From an uncultured Alphaproteobacteria bacterium (GTDB taxonomy: Bacteria; Pseudomonadota; Alphaproteobacteria; RF32; CAG-239), in NCBI GenBank assembly GCA_944391425.1, contig CALXTO010000002.1, forward strand, positions 5,786 through 69,785: DNA of 64,000 bases, read 5' to 3'. The position numbers were made by a program, and so were the translations under genes. Shown one piece after another: positions 56,179-64,000 of the stretch (the first letter of the stretch is position 1; every line of letters begins with the position of its first letter). The notes beneath the pieces were generated by a model. The model saw nothing but the letters and a program-made list of their open reading frames with translations, did not search any database and was not told the origin of the DNA.

Positions 56179-57099
56179 ATGAAAAAAATTTATCATTCAA
56201 TAACGGAAATGGTCGGACGTACACCGTTACTGGAGCTGGGGAACGTGGAAAAAAAACATCGTCTGAAGGCGAAAATTTTCGCCAAATGCGAATTTTACAA
56301 TCCCCTGTTTTCAGTTAAAGACCGAGCGGCATTGTTTATGCTGGAAAAGGCCGAAAAAAGCGGAAAGATTTCCCCGCAGACGGTTTTCTTGGAAGCAACC
56401 AGTGGCAACACCGGAATTGCTCTGGCGGCCCTGTGCGCGGCAAAAGGGTATAAATTGGTGATTACCATGCCGGAAAACATGACCAAAGAAAGAATTGCCG
56501 TCATGCGTCATTTTGGAGCCGAGGTTATTTTGACGCCGAAGGAAGACGGTATGAAGGGTGCCATTGTCAAGGCGGAAATGTTGGCGGAGAAAAATCCGGA
56601 CGTGATTATGCTCAAACAATTTTATAATGAAGCCAATGTGGATGCGCACCGTTTCGGTACCAGTATCGAAATTTTGGAGGATACGGGCGGCGAAGTCGAC
56701 GTTTTGGTCTGTGCGGTGGGAACGTCCGGAACACTGAGCGGAATTGCCGCGACGCTGAAAACTTCAAATCCGGATCTGTATGTGGTAGCAGTAGAGCCGA
56801 AATCCAGCCCGGTTTTGAACGGCGGACAGGCCGGTCCGCACGATATACCGGGAATTGGCGCCGGGTTTGTGCCGCCGCTTTATGATGCTGCTCTGGTGGA
56901 TGAAGTGATGGATATTGAGGACGAACAAGCCTGGAAGACGGCTGCCGAAGCGGCATCTCTGGAAGGTATTCCGGCCGGAATTTCCGGCGGCGCGGCTTTG
57001 AATGCCGCCGTTTCCGTTGCCGGACGTCCGGAAATGAGAGGCAAGAACATCGTGGTTATTCTTCCGGATTCCATTAATAATTATCTTTCCAGACTGTAG
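56179..57099 (+). CDS. cysK: Cysteine synthase family PLP enzyme
   Basis: GRTPL, NP..SVKDR (PLP Lys), EATSGNTGIALA, GIGAGFVP. Confidence 0.85.
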   Translation: MKKIYHSITEMVGRTPLLELGNVEKKHRLKAKIFAKCEFYNPLFSVKDRAALFMLEKAEKSGKISPQTVFLEATSGNTGIALAALCAAKGYKLVITMPENMTKERIAVMRHFGAEVILTPKEDGMKGAIVKAEMLAEKNPDVIMLKQFYNEANVDAHRFGTSIEILEDTGGEVDVLVCAVGTSGTLSGIAATLKTSNPDLYVVAVEPKSSPVLNGGQAGPHDIPGIGAGFVPPLYDAALVDEVMDIEDEQAWKTAAEAASLEGIPAGISGGAALNAAVSVAGRPEMRGKNIVVILPDSINNYLSRL

Positions 57100-57179
57100 A
57101 TATAAAAAAATCTGTTGCCTAAAAGAAAATTTGAAAATAATCTTATGGGCAAAACGACGTAACTCTTAAAGAAGAAAAA

Positions 57180-58286
57180 ATGAAGCCGAATTCTATTCTG
57201 GGACGCTATCTTACCAAGCAGCTGGTTTTTAATTTTCTGGCCGTATTGGTAATGGTTGTCGGCATCATCATGTTGTTTGAGGTGGTTGAGCTTTTGCGCC
57301 GGACTTCGGGACGTTATGAGGTCAGCTTCTGGTTTGTGCTGGAAATGGCTTTTACAAAACTGCCCAAAAGCGCCGAAATGGTTTTCCCTTTTGTGGTGAT
57401 GATTGCCGCAATGGCAACCTTCTGGAAACTCAGCAAGAATAATGAGTTTGTGATTATGCGGGCGGCCGGCGTTTCCATCTGGGGATTTTTGTTGCCGGTG
57501 ATGGTGACGACGTTTGTAATCGGCATGATTAACGTCGGGCTGATTAATCCTGTTTCTGCCAATTTGAACGATTTGTACGAAACCCTGAATTACCGCCTGA
57601 AAACGCGGAATCCGAATGCAGTTTTGTTTTCTGACCAAGGATTGTGGATACGCGAAGCCATAGACAATGACAATGTTATGGTTTTGCAGGCCAAATCCCT
57701 GCGACAGGAGAAGAAAGACCTGCTTTTGCGCGACGTGACAATTATCGAAATGGATCGGCGCTCGCAGCCGCTCAGAAGAATCGAGGCTTTTGCCGGCACG
57801 CTGGAAAACGGATATTTTGATTTTAAGGATGTGCGGCTTTTTAAAGCAGGAGAGCCGACGCAGGTTGTCAACAGTCTTGAATATAAAACGGTTTTGACGG
57901 CGGAACGCATCAAAGAAAACTTTGTGGAACCGGAATCGATTTCTTTTTGGGCGCTGCCGCAAATTATCCGTTTTTATGAAATGTCGGGTTTTTCCGCTTT
58001 GCGGCACCAGATGCGTTATTTATCGCTTTTGGTTTCGCCGTTTTTGCTTTGTTCAATGGTTTTGGTGGCGGCGGTTTTTGCTTTGCGCCCCAATAATCGC
58101 CGCGGCGGTATAATGTTCTTGATCGTGGGCGGTATCGCTACGGGTTTTACGGTTTATTTTCTGACGCAGCTGGTTTATGCCTTCGGTATTAACGGTGATA
58201 TTCCGGCCTGGATGGCTGTTTCGACGCCGGCAATCATTACGGCTTTAATCAGTATCTCAATCCTGTTGCATCTGGAGGACGGCTAA
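57180..58286 (+). CDS. lptG: LPS export ABC transporter permease LptG
   Basis: LGRYL, NEFVIMRAAGVSIW, GLWIRE, PESISFWALP..I...E.SGFS, LLHLEDG. Confidence 0.9.
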   Translation: MKPNSILGRYLTKQLVFNFLAVLVMVVGIIMLFEVVELLRRTSGRYEVSFWFVLEMAFTKLPKSAEMVFPFVVMIAAMATFWKLSKNNEFVIMRAAGVSIWGFLLPVMVTTFVIGMINVGLINPVSANLNDLYETLNYRLKTRNPNAVLFSDQGLWIREAIDNDNVMVLQAKSLRQEKKDLLLRDVTIIEMDRRSQPLRRIEAFAGTLENGYFDFKDVRLFKAGEPTQVVNSLEYKTVLTAERIKENFVEPESISFWALPQIIRFYEMSGFSALRHQMRYLSLLVSPFLLCSMVLVAAVFALRPNNRRGGIMFLIVGGIATGFTVYFLTQLVYAFGINGDIPAWMAVSTPAIITALISISILLHLEDG

Positions 58287-58391
58287 GGTTGCGGCGGATC
58301 TGAAGCTTAAAAATAATGCTTTTTGTAAAAAAATGCTGGATTTTTAAAATTTTTATGCTATAACTCTGTAACATAAATTGAAATATTAAAT

Positions 58392-58419
58392 GAAGTGGGG
58401 CAGATGCCCCGCTTTTTTG
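58392..58419 (+). promoter_or_regulatory. rimP leader hairpin/attenuator
   Basis: gaagtggggc-agat-gccccgctttttt immediately upstream of the rimP SD. Confidence 0.6.
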
Positions 58420-58436
58420 TTAGGAGAAACCGCCAT

Positions 58437-58940
58437 ATGATGAAAGAACATCCGGTGCAGAAGATTGTGGAGCCGGTGGTTGACGGGTTGGGCTATGAAA
58501 TTGTTCGTATTGCCACCATCGGAAGCCAGCGTCCAACTCTGCAGATTATGATTGAACGCAAGGACCGCGGAAGTCTGACCGTGGATGACTGCGCCGCGGT
58601 GAGCCGTGCCGTGTCTGAGGTTTTGGATGAAAAAGATCCGATTGAAGGGGAATATTCTCTGGAAGTGAGCTCTCCCGGCTTGGACAGGCCGTTGACTAAA
58701 GAGGAGCATTTTGAACGTTTCTCCGGCTATGAAGCTAAAATTGAGACGGATACGGAAGTTGAAGGACGTAAACGTTTTAAAGGAAAAATTACCGGCATTG
58801 ATCCCATGAAGAATATTCATTTTGAAATGGAAGGGAAGAATTATGAAATTCCTTTTGCTGCGGTGAGCAAAGCCAAATTGATTTTAACGGACGAACTCTT
58901 GAACAGCTATGTTGAAGAGAATCCGGAAATTGAACTGTAA
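58437..58940 (+). CDS. rimP: Ribosome maturation factor RimP
   Basis: TVDDCA.VSR, Y.LEVSSPGLDRPL, KAKL. Confidence 0.95.
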   Translation: MMKEHPVQKIVEPVVDGLGYEIVRIATIGSQRPTLQIMIERKDRGSLTVDDCAAVSRAVSEVLDEKDPIEGEYSLEVSSPGLDRPLTKEEHFERFSGYEAKIETDTEVEGRKRFKGKITGIDPMKNIHFEMEGKNYEIPFAAVSKAKLILTDELLNSYVEENPEIEL

Positions 58941-58964
58941 CCAACTTGAACATTGAGGAATAAA

Positions 58965-60485
58965 ATGCAAAATTTTGAAAGTATGCCCAGACCGGAAATT
59001 ATTTTGGTTGCCGATACGGTAGCCCGGGAAAAGAATATTGACCGCGATGACGTTTTGGAGGCTATGGAAGTTGCCATTCAGAAGGCCGGCCGTTCGAAAT
59101 ACGGTTTTGAACATGATATTCGCGCTCATATTGACAGAAAAACGGGGGCAATCTCTCTGTCGCGCTATCGCGAAGTCGTTGCTTCGGCAGAAGAAATTGA
59201 AAATGAAGCCGCTCAACTGACTTTGGACGAAGCGCAGGCATATAATCCGGACATTAAAGTCGGCGAGTTTATTATTGATCCGCTGCCGCCGATTGATTTC
59301 GGGCGTATTGCGGCACAGACCGCCAAACAGGTTATCGTACAGAAAGTCCGTGATGCCGAACGTAACAAACAGTTTGAAGAATATAAGGAAAAAATCGGTA
59401 CGATTGTCAACGGAACGGTTAAGCGAATCGAATTCGGGAATGTGATTTTGGATATTGGCAAAACGGAAGCCGTGTTGCGGCGCGATGAGATTATTCCGCG
59501 GGAGAAGTTTAAAAACGGCGATCGTGTCCGCGCTTATGTTCTGGATGTCCGCCGAGAAAACAAAGGACCGCAGATATTCTTGTCAAGAACCTGTCCCGAA
59601 TTTTTGGCTAAATTGTTTATGTCGGAAGTTCCCGAAATTTATGACGGGATTGTCAAAATCGTGTCTGTAGCGCGTGATCCGGGATCAAAAGCAAAAATCG
59701 CCGTTAGAACCGACGACGTTACGGTTGATGCAGTCGGTGCCTGCGTCGGGCTTCGCGGTATTCGCGTTCAGGCCGTGGTTACTGAATTGCAGGGCGAAAA
59801 AATTGATATCGTACCTTATTCCGAAGACAAAGCTCAGTTTATTGTCAGCGCCCTGTCGCCGGCCGAGGTTACCAAAGTCGTTTTGGATGAGGATAATAAC
59901 CGGATTGAGGTTGTCGTACCGCAAGAGCAGTTTTCAATTGCCATCGGCCGCCGCGGACAGAACGTTAAGCTGGCTTCTCAGCTGTTGGGCTGTGATATTG
60001 ACGTTTTGACCGAAGAGCAGGAACAGGAACGCCGCTCCAATGAAAACAAGGTTCGTTCGCAGCGTTTCATGGAAGCTTTGGATGTTGACGAAATGATTGC
60101 CCATCTGTTGATTGCGGAAGGTTTTTCGACTGTTGACGAAATTGCCATGGTCAGTTTGGAAGAACTTTCAGAAATCGAAGGCTTTGACGAGGATGTTGCC
60201 AAAGAATTGCAAAGCCGCGCTCAGGAATTTGTTGCCAAACGCAATAAGGAATTTGAAGAAAAAAGTAAATCTTTGGGAATCGACGAGCAGTTGCAGGCTG
60301 TTTCCGGGCTGGATCAGGATATGCTGTTGACTTTGGCCGGAAAAGGAATCAAAACCCTGGATGATCTGGCGGATTTGGCGGCAGACGAACTGATTGAGCT
60401 GCTGGGCGAAGATACGCTGTCCATTCAGGAAGCGAACAAAATCATTATGGATGCCCGTTCTCACTGGTTTGAGGGCGAAGAATAG
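58965..60485 (+). CDS. nusA: Transcription termination factor NusA
   Basis: FGRIAAQTAKQVI, S1/KH domains, AIGRRGQNVKLAS, acidic C-terminal repeats. Confidence 0.97.
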   Translation: MQNFESMPRPEIILVADTVAREKNIDRDDVLEAMEVAIQKAGRSKYGFEHDIRAHIDRKTGAISLSRYREVVASAEEIENEAAQLTLDEAQAYNPDIKVGEFIIDPLPPIDFGRIAAQTAKQVIVQKVRDAERNKQFEEYKEKIGTIVNGTVKRIEFGNVILDIGKTEAVLRRDEIIPREKFKNGDRVRAYVLDVRRENKGPQIFLSRTCPEFLAKLFMSEVPEIYDGIVKIVSVARDPGSKAKIAVRTDDVTVDAVGACVGLRGIRVQAVVTELQGEKIDIVPYSEDKAQFIVSALSPAEVTKVVLDEDNNRIEVVVPQEQFSIAIGRRGQNVKLASQLLGCDIDVLTEEQEQERRSNENKVRSQRFMEALDVDEMIAHLLIAEGFSTVDEIAMVSLEELSEIEGFDEDVAKELQSRAQEFVAKRNKEFEEKSKSLGIDEQLQAVSGLDQDMLLTLAGKGIKTLDDLADLAADELIELLGEDTLSIQEANKIIMDARSHWFEGEE

Positions 60486-60540
60486 GCAAGGACCGGGCAG
60501 CCTGCACAGGCTGCCCTTCCGGAATTTGATTGAGGAAAGA

Positions 60541-61113
60541 ATGAAAAAGGAAGACACTTTGCGCAAATGCATCGTAAGCGGTAGAATCCTGGAAAAGAAG
60601 GATTTGCTGCGCTTTACGTTGTCGCCCGAGCTGGAAGTTATTCCTGATTTTAAAAAGAAATTGCCGGGTAAGGGTTTGTATGTTACAAATTCCATGAGCA
60701 TTTTGAAAAAGGCGATCGACGGTAATGTATTTGCCAAGGTTTTGAAAAGAAAAGCCAAGGTGGATCCCGGATTGGCGGAAATTGCGGAGCAGATTTTGCG
60801 CAAGAGGGCGCTGGATGCCGTTTCGTTGGCCCGCAAAGCCGGTTGTTTGGTAACCGGAATGGAAAAAGTGGCGGAAACTCTGAAAAAAGATAAAGTCGCT
60901 TTTTTGCTGGAAGCGGTTGATGCCGGTAAGGACGGGAGGCAAAAAGTTGCCCGTATGGCCGGAGATTTGGAGGTTTTCAAACTATTTGAAGCAGAGGAGC
61001 TGGACAAGGCATTAAATAAAACAAACACGGTTCATGCCGCTTTTTTGAAAGGCAGCATGGCGGAGATGGTCAGAGAGGAATTTAACCGTTTGTCTGACTT
61101 CCTGAATTCATAA
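60541..61113 (+). CDS. DUF448 (YlxR) / L7Ae-like RNA-binding fusion
   Basis: RKCIVSG...LLRF...KLPGKGLYV, then LARKAG.LVTG.EKV; lies between nusA and infB. Confidence 0.88.
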   Translation: MKKEDTLRKCIVSGRILEKKDLLRFTLSPELEVIPDFKKKLPGKGLYVTNSMSILKKAIDGNVFAKVLKRKAKVDPGLAEIAEQILRKRALDAVSLARKAGCLVTGMEKVAETLKKDKVAFLLEAVDAGKDGRQKVARMAGDLEVFKLFEAEELDKALNKTNTVHAAFLKGSMAEMVREEFNRLSDFLNS

Positions 61114-61144
61114 GATTTTGATAAAATATGGAGAGAATTTGATA

Positions 61145-63583
61145 ATGACGGAAGATAATGCAAAAAACAAACTAACATTATCGGGCAAAACGACCCTAAC
61201 CCTGAAAAGTCTGGGGGAAACTTCCAAAACGCATAACCGCGACGGCAAAAAGGTGGTTCAGGTCGAAGTGCGCAAAAAAAGAGTAATTAATCCGGCAGCG
61301 GCCAAGCCTGAAGCCAAAGTTGAAATTGACGAAGAAACTGCTGCCAAACTGCGTTTGATTGCAGAGGCTAAGGAGTTTGAGAATAAGCGCAAACAGGAAG
61401 AAGAAGAAAAAGCCCTTTTGCGACAAAAACAAAAAGAACAGGAAGAGGCCGAACGCCTTCGCCGAGAAGAAGAAAGGGTTCAGGCGGAAGAAGCTGCCGT
61501 GGCCAAAGCGGCGGCAAACGAAGCAGATGCCCGGGCTTCGGTTAAAGTTAAAGATAAAAAATCCCGTGATTTTGACGATGACGACGAAGATGATTTTGAG
61601 GAGCGGAAAAGCAAAAAGGCTTCTGCCCGGGAAGATGTTTTTGAACAGGAACGCAAAAAAATAACCAAGCGCAGTTTTGAACCGCAAAGAAGAAACAATA
61701 AACTGAGCGTCAACAACTACGGTTCGGGAGATGACGATGATGACGATTACGGTTTCGGCCCGCGCAGACGCTATAAGAAAAAACAGCCCAAACCGGTGCA
61801 GACGCTTCAGCAACCGCAGGAAAAAGTGATTAAGGAAGTGGTGATCCCCGAGGTTATCACGGTTCAGGAACTGGCTAACCGCATGGCGGAAAAGAGCACT
61901 GAAGTTATTAAAAAGCTGATGGCGCTGGGTGTTATGGCAACGATTAACCAGCCGATTGACGCTGATACGGCGCAATTGATTGTTGAAGATTTCGGACATA
62001 AATTTAAACGGGTAGCCGATAGCGATGTTGAACAAGCGTTGCAGGCAGAAGAAGATACAGCGGCCGATTTGCAGCCCAGGGCTCCGGTGGTTACGGTTAT
62101 GGGGCACGTCGACCACGGCAAGACCTCTTTGTTGGATGCTCTGCGGGAAACGAATGTTGCGGCGAAAGAAGCCGGTGGTATTACCCAGCATATCGGCGCC
62201 TATCAGATTACGGTGCCGACCGGTGATAAAATTACCTTTATTGATACGCCGGGGCATGAGGCTTTTTCGGAAATGCGCGCCCGAGGGGCCAAAGTGACGG
62301 ATATTGTGGTTTTGGTGGTTGCCGCCAATGACGGTATCATGCCCCAGACGGTAGAAGCCATCCGCCATGCCCAAGCTGCCGAAGTTCCGATTGTAGTGGC
62401 GATTAACAAGATTGATTTGCCGGGCGCCGATCCGATGAAGGTAAAAACGGCTCTGTTGCAGCACGGTATCGGTGTTGAAGAAATGGGTGGCGAGTGCTTA
62501 TGCGCCGAAGTTTCAGCCAAAAAACGCATTAATATTGACAAGTTGGTTGAAGCTATTTTGCTGCAGGCGGAAGTTTTGGATTTGAAAGCGAATCCGAACC
62601 GCAAAGCAGAAGGCGCGGTTATTGAGGCCAAGATGGAAAAGGGTCGCGGAACGGTCGTAACGGCTTTGGTTCAGAAAGGGACGCTGCACGTCGGCGATAT
62701 TTGTATTGCAGGTAAAGAATGGGGGCGCGTCCGTGCAATGTTTAATGAGCACGGGCAGAAACTGCAGGAAGCCGGACCGGCAACGCCGGTTGAGGTTTTG
62801 GGCCTGCAGGGAACACCCTCTGCCGGTGATGATTTTGCTGTTGTTGCCGATGAAAACCAGGCCAAAGAAATTACCAGTTATCGCATCCGCAAGGAACGCG
62901 AAGCTAAATTGGTCAAATCAGCCAAGTCAGCCATGGAACAAATGCTTGACAAGATTAAGTCCGGGGAGGTCAAACACCTGCCGATTATTATCAAAGCCGA
63001 TGTTCAGGGTTCCATTGAAGCAATTGAAGGAACAATTAACAAATTGTCCAACGAGGAAGTCAGCGTTCAGGTACTGCACTCGGCAGTCGGGCCGATTTCG
63101 GAATCGGATATTTCGCTGGCTAAGGCGTCGCATGCATTGGTTATCGGTTTTAATGTCCGTGCTAACCCGATGGCTCGCGATATGGCTCGCCGCGACGGTG
63201 TCGAGATTAAGTATTACTCGATTATTTATGATGTTCTGGATGACATTAAGAAGGGGCTTGAAGGCATGTTGTCGCCCGAACTGCGCGAGAAAATCCTCGG
63301 CTATGCCGAGATCCGCGAGGTTTACAATATTACCGGCGTCGGCAAGGTCGGCGGCTGTATGGTTACCGAAGGAATGGTCAGACGCGGCGCCAAAATCCGT
63401 TTGCTGCGTGACAATGTGGTTATTCATGACGGCAGCATCGGACAGTTGAAACGCTTTAAGGAGGATGTTAAAGAAGTTAAAGAAGGCTACGAATGCGGTA
63501 TTTCCTTTGAAAACTACAATGACATTCAGAAAGGCGATTTTATTGAATGTTATGAGATTGAGGAAATTGCCGCCAAGCTGTAA
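61145..63583 (+). CDS. infB: Translation initiation factor IF-2
   Basis: [37 protein letters not shown]. Confidence 0.98.
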   Translation: MTEDNAKNKLTLSGKTTLTLKSLGETSKTHNRDGKKVVQVEVRKKRVINPAAAKPEAKVEIDEETAAKLRLIAEAKEFENKRKQEEEEKALLRQKQKEQEEAERLRREEERVQAEEAAVAKAAANEADARASVKVKDKKSRDFDDDDEDDFEERKSKKASAREDVFEQERKKITKRSFEPQRRNNKLSVNNYGSGDDDDDDYGFGPRRRYKKKQPKPVQTLQQPQEKVIKEVVIPEVITVQELANRMAEKSTEVIKKLMALGVMATINQPIDADTAQLIVEDFGHKFKRVADSDVEQALQAEEDTAADLQPRAPVVTVMGHVDHGKTSLLDALRETNVAAKEAGGITQHIGAYQITVPTGDKITFIDTPGHEAFSEMRARGAKVTDIVVLVVAANDGIMPQTVEAIRHAQAAEVPIVVAINKIDLPGADPMKVKTALLQHGIGVEEMGGECLCAEVSAKKRINIDKLVEAILLQAEVLDLKANPNRKAEGAVIEAKMEKGRGTVVTALVQKGTLHVGDICIAGKEWGRVRAMFNEHGQKLQEAGPATPVEVLGLQGTPSAGDDFAVVADENQAKEITSYRIRKEREAKLVKSAKSAMEQMLDKIKSGEVKHLPIIIKADVQGSIEAIEGTINKLSNEEVSVQVLHSAVGPISESDISLAKASHALVIGFNVRANPMARDMARRDGVEIKYYSIIYDVLDDIKKGLEGMLSPELREKILGYAEIREVYNITGVGKVGGCMVTEGMVRRGAKIRLLRDNVVIHDGSIGQLKRFKEDVKEVKEGYECGISFENYNDIQKGDFIECYEIEEIAAKL

Positions 63584-63828
63584 AAGCTTGTCTTCTAATC
63601 GCCTGATGTGGATTTAGCGGGCAGATGAAAACTTTTGTCCTTACGTACATATGTTTCCATTGGTCTGGGGGTATTTCTGGATTGCTGGGATTTAAGGGAA
63701 TGGAATATCTGCTAAAAAAGCCGATACGCTGATTGTCGATTTTGAACATCCAATGAAAAAAGGTTTTTGGAAAAAACTTTGGGGTTAAGCTCTCAAAGCC
63801 GCCCCTTTTTATGAAAGGCCGTTTTGCA

Positions 63829-63865
63829 AACAAAAGAGCTGTGTTGAAAACACAGCTCTTTTGTT
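63829..63865. terminator. Intrinsic terminator downstream of fabG
   Basis: aacaaaagagctgtgtt-gaa-aacacagctcttttgtt. Confidence 0.8.
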
Positions 63866-63887
63866 ATTCTTATTTAACGAAACGTCG

Positions 63888-64000
63888 TTAAATCATAGCC
63901 ATACCGCCGTTGATGTTAATTGTTTGGCCGGTAATGTACTGAGCTTCATCAGAAGCCAGAAAAGCGACAACGTTGGCAATATCCTGCGCTTCGCCGAGTT
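63888..64000 (-). CDS. fabG: 3-oxoacyl-ACP reductase, C-terminal fragment (runs off the window)
   Basis: Minus-strand translation [36 protein letters not shown]. Confidence 0.8.
   Translation of the reverse strand, partial: LGEAQDIANVVAFLASDEAQYITGQTININGGMAMI

Noticed and set aside
61570-61750. GAY-rich repeats in infB
   Set aside because: Poly-Asp tracts in the variable IF-2 N-terminal region; mixed codons, not a contingency repeat
61196-62464. 422-aa antisense ORF (also 47552-48538, 46481-47341, 57081-58007, 60168-61028, 37808-38593)
   Set aside because: Shadow ORFs opposite well-supported genes, explained by codon bias

Overview
64 kb of core chromosome from an alphaproteobacterium. 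Evidence: alpha-type gene orders yggT-DUF167-folD, addB-addA-trxA, DUF3576-leuS-lptE-holA, rimP-nusA-ylxR-infB, and a mitofilin/Mic60 homolog divergent from tsaD. It is most plausibly an anaerobic, genome-reduced, gut-associated Rhodospirillales-like lineage such as RF32 (inference). I found no rRNA, tRNA, CRISPR array, prophage or transposase. Most notable: (1) a trimeric [FeFe]-hydrogenase hydCBA whose HydB keeps bifurcating-type flavin-site residues but lacks the C-terminal Zn/2x[4Fe-4S] arm; (2) a 126-bp TA-bounded palindromic element plus a second partial copy after glgA, whose core resembles Rickettsia palindromic element RPE-1; (3) a Clostridia-type LeuRS in the native alpha leuS slot, carrying a duplicated N-terminus; (4) apparent pseudoenzymes (PanE-like, WecA/MraY-like coupled to a TPR protein, and a trypsin-like lipoprotein lacking its triad); (5) clean absence of aroB, pdxA, hemC/hemD/hemY, hrcA and rbfA from their usual operons, and lptG separated from lptF. 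Family calls come from recognising motifs by eye; no database searches were run.
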